Source of the DNA: Eledone cirrhosa
Taxonomy: Eukaryota
Direction of reading: 5' to 3'
Assembly (NCBI GenBank): GCA_964016885.1
Contig: OZ024740.1
Location: 412,610,001-412,674,000 of the forward strand
DNA: 64,000 nt
Part shown: piece after piece, positions 1-14,300 of the stretch
Layout: every line of letters starts with the position of its first letter
How positions within the stretch are numbered: position 1 is the first letter of the stretch
Made by a program: the position numbers and the translations under genes
The notes under the pieces: generated by a model
Database searches by the model: none
Seen by the model: only the letters and a program-made list of their open reading frames with translations
What the model was told of the DNA's origin: nothing

Positions 1-3000
1 GTAGTGTGTATGGAGTTATGTATATGTGTGTAGAAAGTGTAGTGTGTATGGAGTTATGTATAAGTGTGTAGAAAGTGTAGTGTATATGGAGTTATGTATA
101 TGTGTGTAGAAAGTGTAGTGTGTATGGAGTTATGTGTATGTGTGTAGAAGGTGTGGTGTGTATGGAGTTATGTATATGTGTGTAGAAATAGTAGTGTGTA
201 TGGAGTTATGTATATGTGTGTAGAAAGTGTAGTGTGTATGGAGTTATGTATATGTGTGTAGAAGATGTAGTGTGTATGGAGTTATGTATATGTGTGTAGA
301 AGGTGTAGTGTCTATGGAGTTATGTATATGTGTGTAGGTTTAGTGTGTATGGAATTATGTATATGTGTGTGGGTGTAGTGTGTATGTGTGTAGAAGGTGT
401 AGTGTGTATGGAGTTATGTATATGTGTGTAGAATGTGTAAATTGTATGGGGTTATGTGTATGTGTGTAGAAGGTGTAGTTTGTATGGAGTTATGTATAAG
501 TGTGTAGAAGGTGTAATGTGTATGGAGTTATGTATATGTGTGTTGGTGTAGTGTGTATGGAGTTATGTATATGTGTGTTGGTGTAGTGTGTATGGAGTTA
601 TGTATATGTGTATAGAAAGTGTAGTGTGTATGGAGTTATGTATATGTGTGTAGAAGGTGTAGTGTGTATGGAGTTATGTATATGAGTGTAGAAAGTGTAG
701 TGTGTATGGAGTTATGTATATGTGTGTAGAAGGTGTAGTGTGTATGGAGTTATGTATATGTGTATAGAAAGTGTAGTGTGTATGGAGTTATGTATATGTG
801 TGTAGAAGGTGTAGTGTGTATGGAGTTATGTATATGAGTGTAGAAAGTGTAGTGTGTATGGAGTTATGTGTATGTGTGCAGAAGGTGTAGTGTGTATGGA
901 GTTAAGTATATGTGTGTAGAAGGTGTAGTGTGTATAGAGTTATGTATATGTGTGTAGAAGGTGTAGTGTCTATGGAGTTATGTATATGTGTGTAGGTTTA
1001 GTGTGTATGGAATTATGTATATGTGTGTAGGTGTAGTGTGTATGGAGTTATGTGTATGTGTGTAGAAGGTGTAGTGTGTATGGAGTTATGTATATGTGTG
1101 TAGAATGTGTAAATTGTATGGGGTTATGTGTATGTGTGTAGAAGGTGTAGTTTGTATGGAGTTATGTATAAGTGTGTAGAAGGTGTAATGTGTATGGAGT
1201 TATGTATATGTGTGTTGGTGTAGTGTGTATGGAGTTATGTATATGTGTATAGAAAGTGTAGTGTGTATGGAGTTATGTATAAGTGTGTAGAAAGTGTAGT
1301 GTATATGGAGTTATGTATATGTGTGTAGAAAGTGTAGTGTGTATGGAGTTATGTGTATGTGTGTAGAAGGTGTGGTGTGTATGGAGTTATGTATATGTGT
1401 GTAGAAAGTGTAGTGTGTATGGAGTTATGTATATGTGTGTAGAAAGTGTAGTGTGTATGGAGTTATGTATATGTGTGTAGAAGATGTAGTGTGTATGGAG
1501 TTATGTATATGTGTGTAGAAGGTGTAGTGTCTATGGAGTTATGTATATGTGTATAGGTTTAGTGTGTATGGAATTATGTATATGTGTGTGGGTGTAGTGT
1601 GTATGGAGTTATGTGTATGTGTGTAGAAGGTGTAGTGTGTATGGAGTTATGTATATGTGTGTAGAAGGTGTAGTGTGTATGGAGTTATGTATATGTGTGT
1701 AGAAGGTGTAGTGTGTATGGTGTTATGTATATGTGTATAGAAAGTGTAGTGTGTATGGAGTTATGTATATGTGTGTAGAAGGTGTAGTGTGTATGGAGTT
1801 ATGTATATGTGTGTAGAAGGTGTAGTGTGTATGGAGTTATGTATATGAGTGTAGAAAGTGTAGTGTGTATGGTGTTATGTATATGTGTATAGAAAGTGTA
1901 GTGTGTATGGAGTTATGTATATGTGTGTAGAAGGTGTAGTGTGTATGGAGTTATGTATATGAGTGTAGAAAGTGTAGTGTGTATGGAGTTATGTGTATGT
2001 GTGCAGAAGGTGTAGTGTGTATGGAGTTAAGTATATGTGTGTAGAAGGTGTAGTGTGTATAGAGTTATGTATATGTGTGTAGAAGGTGTAGTGTCTATGG
2101 AGTTATGTATATGTGTGTAGGTTTAGTGTGTATGGAATTATGTGTATGTGTGTAGGTGTAGTGTGTATGGAGTTATGTGTATGTGTGTAGAAGGTGTAGT
2201 TTGTATGGAGTTATGTATAAGTGTGTAGAAGGTGTAATGTGTATGGAGTTATGTATATGTGTGTTGGTGTAGTGTGTATGGAGTTATGTATATGTGTATA
2301 GAAAGTGTAGTGTGTATGGAGTTATGTATATGTGTGTAGAAGGTGTAGTGTGTATGGAGTTATGTATATGTGTGTAGAAAGTGTAGTGTGTATGGAGTTA
2401 TGTGTATGTGTGCAGAAGGTGTAGTGTGTATGGAGTTACGTATATGTGTGTAGAAGGTGTAGTGTGTATGGAGTTATGTATATGTGTGTAGAAAGTGTAG
2501 TGTGTATGGAGTTATGTATATGTGTGTAGGAGTAGTGTGTATGGATTTATGAATATGTGTGTAGAAAGTGTAGTGTGTATGGAGTTATGTATATGTGTGT
2601 AGAAAGTGTAGTGTGTATGGAGTATTGTATATGTGTGTAGAAAGTGTAGTGTGTATGGAGTTATATATATGTGTGTAGGAGTAGTGTGTATGTAGTTATG
2701 TATATGTGTGTAGAAAGTGTAGTGTGTATGGAGTTATGTATATGTGTGTAGAAAGTCTAGTGTGTATGGAGTTATGTGTATGTGTGTAGAAGGTGTAGTG
2801 TGTATGGAGTTATGTATATGTGTGTAGAAAGTGTAGTGTGTATGGTGTTATGTATATGTGTGTAGAAGTTGTAGTGTGTATGGAGTAATGTATATGTGTG
2901 TAGAAAGTGTAGTATGTATGGAGTTATGTGTATGTGTGTAGAAGGTGTAGTGTGTATGGAGTTAAGTATATGTGTGTAGGTGTAGTGTGTATGGAGTTAT

Positions 3001-5070
3001 GTATATGTGTGTAGAACGTGTAGTGTGTATGGAGTTATGTATATGTGTGTAGAAGGTGTAGTGTGTATGGATTTATATGTATGTGTGTAGAAGTTGTAGT
3101 GTGTATGGAGTTATGTATATGTGTGTAGGAGTAGTGTGTATGGAGTTATGTATATGTGTGTAGAAAGTGTAGTGTGTATGGAGTTATGTATATGTGTGTA
3201 GAAAGTCTAGTGTGTATGGAGTTATGTGTATGTGTGTAGAAGGTGTAGTGTGTATGGAGTTATGTATATGTGTGTAGGTGTAGTGTGTATGGCGTAATGT
3301 ATATGTGTGTAGAAAGTGTAGTGTGTATGGAGTTATGTGTATGTGTGTAGAAGCTGTAGTGTGTATGGAGGTATGTATATGTGTGTAGGTGTAGTGTGTA
3401 TGGAGTTTTGTATATGTGTGTAGAAAGTGTAGTGCGTATGGAGTTATGTATATGTGTGTAGAAAGTGTAGTGTGTATGGAATTATGTATATGTGTGTAGA
3501 AGGTGTAGTGTGTATGGAGTTATGTATATGTGTGTAGAAGGTGTAGTGTGTATGGAGTTATGTATATGTGTGTAGGTGTAGTGTGTATGGAGTTATGTAT
3601 ATGTGTGTAGAAAGTGTAGTGTGTATGGAGTTATGTATAAGTGTGTAGAAAGTGTAGTGTATATGGAGTTATGTATATGTGTGTAGAAAGTGTAGTGTGT
3701 ATGGAGTTATGTGTATGTGTGTAGAAGGTGTGGTGTGTATGGAGTTATGTATATGTGTGTAGAAATAGTAGTGTGTATGGAGTTATGTATATGTGTGTAG
3801 AAAGTGTAGTGTGTATGGAGTTATGTATATGTGTGTAGAAGATGTAGTGTGTATGGAGTTATGTATATGTGTGTAGAAGGTGTAGTGTCTATGGAGTTAT
3901 GTATATGTGTGTAGGTTTAGTGTGTATGGAATTATGTATATGTGTGTGGGTGTAGTGTGTATGTGTGTAGAAGGTGTAGTGTGTATGGAGTTATGTATAT
4001 GTGTGTAGAATGTGTAAATTGTATGGGGTTATGTGTATGTGTGTAGAAGGTGTAGTTTGTATGGAGTTATGTATAAGTGTGTAGAAGGTGTAATGTGTAT
4101 GGAGTTATGTATATGTGTGTTGGTGTAGTGTGTATGGAGTTATGTATATGTGTGTTGGTGTAGTGTGTATGGAGTTATGTATATGTGTATAGAAAGTGTA
4201 GTGTGTATGGAGTTATGTATATGTGTGTAGAAGGTGTAGTGTGTATGGAGTTATGTATATGAGTGTAGAAAGTGTAGTGTGTATGGAGTTATGTGTATGT
4301 GTGCAGAAGGTGTAGTGTGTATGGAGTTAAGTATATGTGTGTAGAAGGTGTAGTGTGTATAGAGTTATGTATATGTGTGTAGAAGGTGTAGTGTCTATGG
4401 AGTTATGTATATGTGTGTAGGTTTAGTGTGTATGGAATTATGTATATGTGTGTAGGTGTAGTGTGTATGGAGTTATGTGTATGTGTGTAGAAGGTGTAGT
4501 GTGTATGGAGTTATGTATATGTGTGTAGAATGTGTAAATTGTATGGGGTTATGTGTATGTGTGTAGAAGGTGTAGTTTGTATGGAGTTATGTATAAGTGT
4601 GTAGAAGGTGTAATGTGTATGGAGTTATGTATATGTGTGTTGGTGTAGTGTGTATGGAGTTATGTATATGTGTATAGAAAGTGTAGTGTGTATGGAGTTA
4701 TGTATAAGTGTGTAGAAAGTGTAGTGTATATGGAGTTATGTATATGTGTGTAGAAAGTGTAGTGTGTATGGAGTTATGTGTATGTGTGTAGAAGGTGTGG
4801 TGTGTATGGAGTTATGTATATGTGTGTAGAAAGTGTAGTGTGTATGGAGTTATGTATATGTGTGTAGAAAGTGTAGTGTGTATGGAGTTATGTATATGTG
4901 TGTAGAAGATGTAGTGTGTATGGAGTTATGTATATGTGTGTAGAAGGTGTAGTGTCTATGGAGTTATGTATATGTGTATAGGTTTAGTGTGTATGGAATT
5001 ATGTATATGTGTGTGGGTGTAGTGTGTATGGAGTTATGTGTATGTGTGTAGAAGGTGTAGTGTGTATGGA
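1..5070. repeat. Duplicated block (~1-1640 vs ~3578-5070)
   Basis: The offset is 3577 for GAAATAGTAG (190/3767) and for the 24-bp truncated unit (375/3952). It then becomes 3425 (4 x 38 less) for GTGCAG (879/4304) and GTATAGGTTT (1551/4976). Confidence 0.85.
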
Positions 5071-8000
5071 GTTATGTATATGTGTGTAGAATGTGTAAAT
5101 TGTATGGGGTTATGTGTATGTGTGTAGAAGGTGTAGTTTGTATGGAGTTATGTATAAGTGTGTAGAAGGTGTAATGTGTATGGAGTTATGTATATGTGTG
5201 TTGGTGTAGTGTGTATGGAGTTATGTATATGTGTATAGAAAGTGTAGTGTGTATGGAGTTATGTATATGTGTGTAGAAGGTGTAGTGTGTATGGAGTTAT
5301 GTATATGAGTGTAGAAAGTGTAGTGTGTATGGTGTTATGTATATGTGTATAGAAAGTGTAGTGTGTATGGAGTTATGTATATGTGTGTAGAAGGTGTAGT
5401 GTGTATGGAGTTATGTATATGAGTGTAGAAAGTGTAGTGTGTATGGAGTTATGTGTATGTGTGCAGAAGGTGTAGTGTGTATGGAGTTAAGTATATGTGT
5501 GTAGAAGGTGTAGTGTGTATAGAGTTATGTATATGTGTGTAGAAGGTGTAGTGTCTATGGAGTTATGTATATGTGTGTAGGTTTAGTGTGTATGGAATTA
5601 TGTGTATGTGTGTAGGTGTAGTGTGTATGGAGTTATGTGTATGTGTGTAGAAGGTGTAGTGTGTATGGAGTTATGTATATGTGTGTAGAATGTGTAAATT
5701 GTATGGGGTTATGTGTATGTGTGTAGAAGGTGTAGTTTGTATGGAGTTATGTATAAGTGTGTAGAAGGTGTAATGTGTATGGAGTTATGTATATGTGTGT
5801 TGGTGTAGTGTGTATGGAGTTATGTATATGTGTGTTGGTGTAGTGTGTATGGAGTTATGTATATGTGTATAGAAAGTGTAGTGTGTATGGAGTTATGTGT
5901 ATGTGTGTAGAAGGTGTAGTGTGTATGGAGTTATGTATATGTGTGTAGAAAGTGTAGTGTGTATGGAGTTATGTGTATGTGTGCAGAAGGTGTAGTGTGT
6001 ATGGAGTTACGTATATGTGTGTAGAAGGTGTAGTGTGTATGGAGTTATGTATATGTGTGTAGAAAGTGTAGTGTGTATGGAGTTATGTATATGTGTGTAG
6101 GAGTAGTGTGTATGGAGTTATGAATATGTGTGTAGAAAGTGTAGTGTGTATGGAGTTATGTATATGTGTGTAGGAGTAGTCTGTATGGAGTTATGAATAT
6201 GTGTGTAGAAAGTGTAGTGTGTATGGAGTTATGTATATGTGTGTAGAAAGTGTAGTGTGTATGGAGTATTGTATATGTGTGTAGAAAGTGTAGTGTGTAT
6301 GGAGTTATGTATATGTGTGTAGAAAGTCTAGTGTGTATGGTGTTATGTATATGTGTGTAGAAGTTGTAGTGTGTATGGAGTAATGTATATGTGTGTAGAA
6401 AGTGTAGTATGTATGGAGTTATGTGTATGTGTGTAGAAGGTGTAGTGTGTATGGAGTTAAGTATATGTGTGTAGGTGTAGTGTGTATGGAGTTATGTATA
6501 TGTGTGTAGAAGGTGTAGTGTGTATGGATTTATGTGTATGTGTGTAGAAGTTGTAGTGTGTATGGAGTTATGTATATGTGTGTAGAAAGTGTAGTGTGTA
6601 GGGAGTTATGTATATGTGTGTAGAAAGTGTAGTGTGTATGGAGTTATGTATATGAGTGTAGAAAGTGTAGTGTGTATGGAGTTATGTATATGTGTGTAGA
6701 AAGTGTAGTGTGTATGGAGTATTGTATATGTGTGTAGAAAGTTTAGTGTGTATGGAGTTATATATATGTGTGTAGGAGTAGTGTGTATGGAGTTATGTAT
6801 ATGTGTGTAGAAAGTGTAGTGTGTATGGAGTTATGTATATGTGTGTAGAAAGTCTAGTGTGTATGGAGTTATGTGTATGTGTGTAGAAGGTGTAGTGTGT
6901 ATGGAGTTATGTATATGTGTGTAGAAGGTGTAGTGTGTATGGAGTTATGTATATGTGTGTAGGTGTAGTGTGTATGGAGTTATGTATATGTGTGTAGAAA
7001 GTGTAGTGTGTATGGAGTTATGTATATGTGTGTAGAAAGTGTAGTGTATATGGAGTTATGTATATGTGTGTAGAAAGTGTAGTGTGTATGGAGTTATGTG
7101 TATGTGTATAGAAGGTGTGGTGTGTATGGAGTTATGTATATGTGTGTAGAAAGTGTAGTGTGTATGGAGTTATGTATATGTGTGTAGAAAGTGTAGTGTG
7201 TATGGAGTTATGTATATGTGTGTAGAAGATGTAGTGTGTATGGAGTTATGTATATGTGTGTAGAAAGTTTAGTGTGTATGGAGTTATATATATGTGTGTA
7301 GGAGTAGTGTGTATGGAGTTATGTATATGTGTGTAGAAAGTGTAGTGTGTATGGAGTTATGTATATGTGTGTAGAAAGTCTAGTGTGTATGGAGTTATGT
7401 GTATGTGTGTAGAAGGTGTAGTGTGTATGGAGTTATGTATATGTGTGTAGGTGTAGTGTGTATGGAGTAATGTATATGTGTGTAGAAAGTGTAGTGTGTA
7501 TGGAGTTATGTGTATGTGTGTAGAAGCTGTAGTGTGTATGGAGGTATGTATATGTGTGTAGGTGTAGTGTGTATGGAGTTTTGTATATGTGTGTAGAAGG
7601 TGTAGTGTGTATGGAGTTATGTATATGAGTGTAGAAAGTGTAGTGTGTATGGAGTTATGTATATGTGTGTAGAAAGTGTAGTGTGTATGGAATTATGTAT
7701 ATGTGTGTAGAAGGTGTAGTGTGTAATGAGTTATGTATATGTGTGTAGAAGGTGTAGTGTGTATGGAGTTATGTATATGTGTGTAGGTGTAGTGTGTATG
7801 GAGTTATGTATATGTGTGTAGAAAGTGTAGTGTGTATGGAGTTATGTATATGTGTGTAGAAAGTGTAGTGTATATGGAGTTATGTATATGTGTGTAGAAA
7901 GTGTAGTGTGTATGGAGTTATGTGTATGTGTGTAGAAGGTGTGGTGTGTATGGAGTTATGTATATGTGTGTAGAAAGTGTAGTGTGTATGGAGTTATGTA

Positions 8001-11000
8001 TATGTGTGTAGAAAGTGTAGTGTGTATGGAGTTATGTGTATGTGTGTAGGTTTAGTGTGTATGGAATTATGTATATGTGTGTGGGTGTAGTGTGTATGGA
8101 GTTATGTGTATGTGTGTAGAAGGTGTAGTGTGTATAGAGTTATGTATATGTGTGTAGAATGTGTAAATTGTATGGGGTTATGTGTATGTGTGTAGAAGGT
8201 GTAGTTTGTATGGAGTTATGTATAAGTGTGTAGAAGGTGTAATGTGTATGGAGTTATGTATATGTGTGTTGGTGTAGTGTGTATGGAGTTATGTATATGT
8301 GTGTTGGTGTAGTGTGTATGGAGTTATGTATATGTGTATAGAAAGTGTAGTGTGTATGGAGTTATGTATATGTGTGTAGAAGGTGTAGTGTGTATGGAGT
8401 TATGTATATGAGTGTAGAAAGTGTAGTGTCTATGGAGTTATGTATATGTGTGTAGGTTTAGTGTGTATGGAGTTATGTATATGTGTGTAGGTGTAGTGTG
8501 TATGGAGTTATGTGTATGTGTGTAGAAGGTGTAGTGTGTATGGAGTTATGTATATGTGTGTAGAATGTGTAAATTGTATGGGGTTATGTGTATGTGTGTA
8601 GAAGGTGTAGTTTGTATGGAGTTATGTATAAGTGTGTAGAAGGTGTAATGTGTATGGAGTTATGTATATGTGTGTTGGTGTAGTGTGTATGGAGTTATGT
8701 ATATGTGTGTTGGTGTAGTGTGTATGGAGTTATGTATATGTGTATAGAAAGTGTAGTGTGTATGGAGTTATGTGTATGTGTGTAGAAGGTGTAGTGTGTA
8801 TGGAGTTATGTATATGTGTGTAGAAAGTGTAGTGTGTATGGAGTTATGTGTATGTGTGCAGAAGGTGTAGTGTGTATGGAGTTACGTATATGTGTGTAGA
8901 AGGTGTAGTGTGTATGGAGTTATGTATATGTGTGTAGAAAGTGTAGTGTGTATGGAGTTATGTATATGTGTGTAGGAGTAGTGTGTATGGAGTTATGAAT
9001 ATGTGTGTAGAAAGTGTAGTGTGTATGGAGTTATGTATATGTGTGTAGAAAGTGTAGTGTGTATGGAGTATTGTATATGTGTGTAGAAAGTGTAGTGTGT
9101 ATGGAGTTATGTATATGTGTGTAGAAAGTCTAGTGTGTATGGTGTTATGTATATGTGTGTAGAAGTTGTAGTGTGTATGGAGTAATGTATATGTGTGTAG
9201 AAAGTGTAGTATGTATGGAGTTATGTGTATGTGTGTAGAAGGTGTAGTGTGTATGGAGTTAAGTATATGTGTGTAGGTGTAGTGTGTATGGAGTTATGTA
9301 TATGTGTGTAGAAGGTGTAGTGTGTATGGATTTATGTGTATGTGTGTAGAAGTTGTAGTGTGTATGGAGTTATGTATATGTGTGTAGAAAGTGTAGTGTG
9401 TAGGGAGTTATGTATATGTGTGTAGAAAGTGTAGTGTGTATGGAGTTATGTATATGAGTGTAGAAAGTGTAGTGTGTATGGAGTTATGTATATGTGTGTA
9501 GAAAGTGTAGTGTGTATGGAGTATTGTATATGTGTGTAGAAAGTGTAGTGTGTATGGAGTTATATATATGTGTGTAGGAGTAGTGTGTATGGAGTTATGT
9601 ATATGTGTGTAGAAAGTCTAGTGTGTATGGAGTTATGTGTATGTGTGTAGAAGGTGTGGTGTGTATGGAGTTATGTATATGTGTGTAGGTGTAGTGTGTA
9701 TGGAGTAATGTATATGTGTGTAGAAAGTGTAGTGTGTATGGAGTTATGTGTATGTGTGTAGAAGCTGTAGTGTGTATGGAGGTATGTATATGTGTGTAGG
9801 TGTAGTGTGTATGGAGTTTTGTATATGTGTGTAGAAAGTGTAGTGTGTATGGAGTTATGTATATGTGTGTAGAAAGTGTAGTGTGTATGGAATTATGTAT
9901 ATGTGCGTAGAAGGTGTAGTGTGTATGGAGTTATGTATATGTGTGTAGAAGGTGTAGTGTGTATGGAATTATGTATATGTGTGTAGGTGTAGTGTGTATG
10001 GAGTTATGTATATGTGTGTAGAAAGTGTAGTGTGTATGGAGTTATGTATATGTGTGTAGAAAGTGTAGTGTATATGGAGTTATGTATATGTGTGTAGAAA
10101 GTGTAGTGTGTATGGAGTTATGTGTATGTGTGTAGAAGGTGTGGTGTGTATGGAGTTATGTATATGTGTGTAGAAAGTGTAGTGTGTATGGAGTTATGTA
10201 TATGTGTGTAGAAAGTGTAGTGTGTATGGAGTTATGTATATGTGTGTAGAAGATGTAGTGTGTATGGAGTTATGTATATGTGTGTAGAAGGTGTAGTGTC
10301 TATGGAGTTATGTATATGTGTGTAGGTTTAGTGTGTATGGAATTATGTATATGTGTGTGGGTGTAGTGTGTATGGAGTTATGTGTATGTGTGTAGAAGGT
10401 GTAGTGTGTATAGAGTTATGTATATGTGTGTAGAATGTGTAAATTGTATGGGGTTATGTGTATGTGTGTAGAAGGTGTAGTTTGTATGGAGTTATGTATA
10501 AGTGTGTAGAAGGTGTAATGTGTATGGAGTTATGTATATGTGTGTTGGTGTAGTGTGTATGGAGTTATGTATATGTGTGTTGGTGTAGTGTGTATGGAGT
10601 TATGTATATGTGTATAGAAAGTGTAGTGTGTATGGAGTTATGTATATGTGTGTAGAAGGTGTAGTGTGTATGGAGTTATGTATATGTGTGTAGAAAGTGT
10701 AGTGTGTATGGAGTTATGTGTATGTGTGCAGAAGGTGTAGTGTGTATGGAGTTACGTATATGTGTGTAGAAGGTGTAGTGTGTATGGAGTTATGTATATG
10801 TGTGTAGAAAGTGTAGTGTGTATGGAGTTATGTATATGTGTGTAGAAAGTGTAGTGTGTATGGAGTATTGTATATGTGTGTAGAAAGTGTAGTGTGTATG
10901 GAGTTATATATATGTGTGTAGAAAGTGTAGTGTGTATGGTGTTATGTATATGTGTGTAGAAGTTGTAGTGTGTATGGAGTTATGTATATGTGTGTAGAAA

Positions 11001-11399
11001 GTGTAGTGTGTATGGAGTTATGTGTATGTGTGTAGAAGGTGTGGTGTGTATGGAGTTATGTATATGTGTGTAGAAAGTGTAGTGTGTATGGAGTTATGTA
11101 TATGTGTGTAGAAAGTGTAGTGTGTATGGAGTTATGTATATGTGTGTAGAAGATGTAGTGTGTATGGAGTTATGTATATGTGTGTAGAAGGTGTAGTGTC
11201 TATGTAGTTATGTATATGTGTGTAGGTTTAGTGTGTATGGAATTATGTATATGTGTGTAGGTGTAGTGTGTATGGAGTTATGTGTATGTGTGTAGAAGGT
11301 GTAGTGTGTATGGAGTTATGTATATGTGTGTAGAATGTGTAAATTGTATGGGGTTATGTGTATGTGTGTAGATGGTGTAGTTTGTATGGAGTTATGTAT

Positions 11400-14300
11400 A
11401 AGTGTGTAGAAGGTGTAATGTGTATGGAGTTATGTATATGTGTGTTGGTGTAGTGTGTATGGAGTTATGTATATGTGTGTTGGTGTAGTGTGTATGGAGT
11501 TATGTATATGTGTATAGAAAGTGTAGTGTGTATGGAGTTATGTATATGTGTGTAGAAGGTGTAGTGTGTATGGAGTTATGTATATGTGTGTAGAAAGTGT
11601 AGTGTGTATGGAGTTATGTGTATGTGTGCAGAAGGTGTAGTGTGTATGGAGTTATGTATATGTGTGTAGAAGGTGTAGTGTGTATAGAGTTATGTATATG
11701 TGTGTAGAAAATGTAGTGTGTATGGAGTTATGTATATGTGTGTAGGAGTAGTGTGTATGGAGTTATGTATATGTGTGTAGAAAGTGTAGTGTGTATGGAG
11801 TTATGTATATGTGTGTAGAAAGTGTAGTGTGTATGGAGTATTGTGTATGTGTGTAGAAAGTGTAGTGTGTATGGAGTTATATATATGTGTGTAGGAGTAG
11901 TGTGTATGGAGTTATGTATATGTGTGTAGAAAGTGTAGTGTGTATGGAGTTATGTATATGTGTGTAGAAAGTCTAGTGTGTATGGAGTTAAGTGTATGTG
12001 TGTAGAAGGTGTAGTGTGTATGGAGTTATGTATATGTGTGTAGAAAGTGTAGTGTGTATGGTGTTATGTATATGTGTGTAGAAGTTGTAGTGTGTATGGA
12101 GTAATGTATATGTGTGTAGAAAGTGTAGTGTGTATGGAGTTATGTGTATGTGTGTAGAAGGTGTAGTGTGTATGGAGTTATGTATATGTGTGTAGAATGT
12201 GTAAATTGTATGGGGTTATGTGTATGTGTGTAGAAGGTGTAGTTTGTATGGAGTTATGTATAAGTGTGTAGAAAGTGTAGTGTGTATGGAGTATTGTGTA
12301 TGTGTGTAGAAAGTGTAGTGTGTATGGAGTTATATATATGTGTGTAGGAGTAGTGTGTATGGAGTTATGTATATGTGTGTAGAAAGTGTAGTGTGTATGG
12401 AGTTATGTATATGTGTGTAGAAAGTCTAGTGTGTATGGAGTTATGTGTATGTGTGTAGAAGGTGTAGTGTGTATGGAGTTATGTATATGTGTGTAGAAAG
12501 TGTAGTGTGTATGGTGTTATGTATATGTGTGTAGAAGTTGTAGTGTGTATGGAGTAATGTATATGTGTGTAGAAAGTGTAGTGTGTATGGAGTTATGTGT
12601 ATGTGTGTAGAAGGTGTAGTGTGTATGGAGTTACGTATATGTGTGTAGAATGTGTAAATTGTATGGGGTTATGTGTATGTGTGTAGAAGGTGTAGTTTGT
12701 ATGGAGTTATGTATAAGTGTGTAGAAGGTGTAATGTGTATGGAGTTATGTATATGTGTGTTGGTGTAGTGTGTATGGAGTTATGTATATGTGTGTTGGTG
12801 TAGTGTGTATGGAGTTATGTATATGTGTATAGAAAGTGTAGTGTGTATGGAGTTATGTATATGTGTGTAGAAGGTGTAGTGTGTATGGAGTTATGTATAT
12901 GTGTGTAGAAAGTGTAGTGTGTATGGAGTTATGTGTATGTGTGCAGAAGGTGTAGTGTGTATGGAGTTATGTATATGTGTGTAGAAGTTGTAGTGTGTAT
13001 AGAGTTATGTATATGTGTGTAGAAAGTGTAGTGTGTATGGAGTTATGTATATGTGTGTAGAAAGTCTAGTGTGTATGGAGTTATGTGTATGTGTGTAGAA
13101 GGTGTAGTGTGTATGGAGTTATGTATATGTGTGTAGGTGTAGTGTGTATGGAGTAATGTATATGTGTGTAGAAAGTGTAGTGTGTATGGAGTTATGTGTA
13201 TGTGTGTAGAAGCTGTAGTGTGTATGGAGGTATGTATATGTGTGTAGGTGTAGTGTGTATGGAGTTTTGTATATGTGTGTAGAAAGTGTAGTGTGTATGG
13301 AGTTATGTATATGTGTGTAGAAAGTGTAGTGTGTATGGAATTATGTATATGTGTGTAGAAGGTGTAGTGTGTATGGAGTTATGTATATGTGTGTAGAAGG
13401 TGTAGTGTGTATGGAGTTATGTATATGTGTGTAGGTGTAGTGTGTATGGAGTTATGTATATGTGTGTAGAAAGTGTAGTGTGTATGGAGTTATGTATAAG
13501 TGTGTAGAAAGTGTAGTGTGTATGGAGTTATGTATATGTGTGTAGAAAGTGTAGTGTGTATGGAGTTATGTGTATGTGTGTAGAAGGTGTGGTGTGTATG
13601 GAGTTATGTATATGTGTGTAGAAATAGTAGTGTGTATGGAGTTATGTATATGTGTGTAGAAAGTGTAGTGTGTATGGAGTTATGTATATGTGTGTAGAAG
13701 ATGTAGTGTGTATGGAGTTATGTATATGTGTGTAGAAGGTGTAGTGTCTATGGAGTTATGTATATGTGTGTAGGTTTAGTGTGTATGGAATTATGTATAT
13801 GTGTGTGGGTGTAGTGTGTATGGAGTTATGTGTATGTGTGTAGAAGGTGTAGTGTGTATGGAGTTATGTATATGTGTGTAGAATGTGTAAATTGTATGGG
13901 GTCATGTGTATGTGTGTAGAAGGTGTAGTTTGTATGGAGTTATTTATAAGTGTGTAGAAGGTGTAATGTGTATGGAGTTATGTATATGTGTGTTGGTGTA
14001 GTGTGTATGGAGTTATGTATATGTGTGTTGGTGTAGTGTGTATGGAGTTATGTATATGTGTATAGAAAGTGTAGTGTGTATGGAGTTATGTATATGTGTG
14101 TAGAAGGTGTAGTGTGTATGGAGTTATGTATATGAGTGTAGAAAGTGTAGTGTGTATGGAGTTATGTATATGTGTATAGAAAGTGTAGTGTGTATGGAGT
14201 TATGTATATGTGTGTAGAAGGTGTAGTGTGTATGGAGTTATGTATATGAGTGTAGAAAGTGTAGTGTGTATGGAGTTATGTGTATGTGTGCAGAAGGTGT

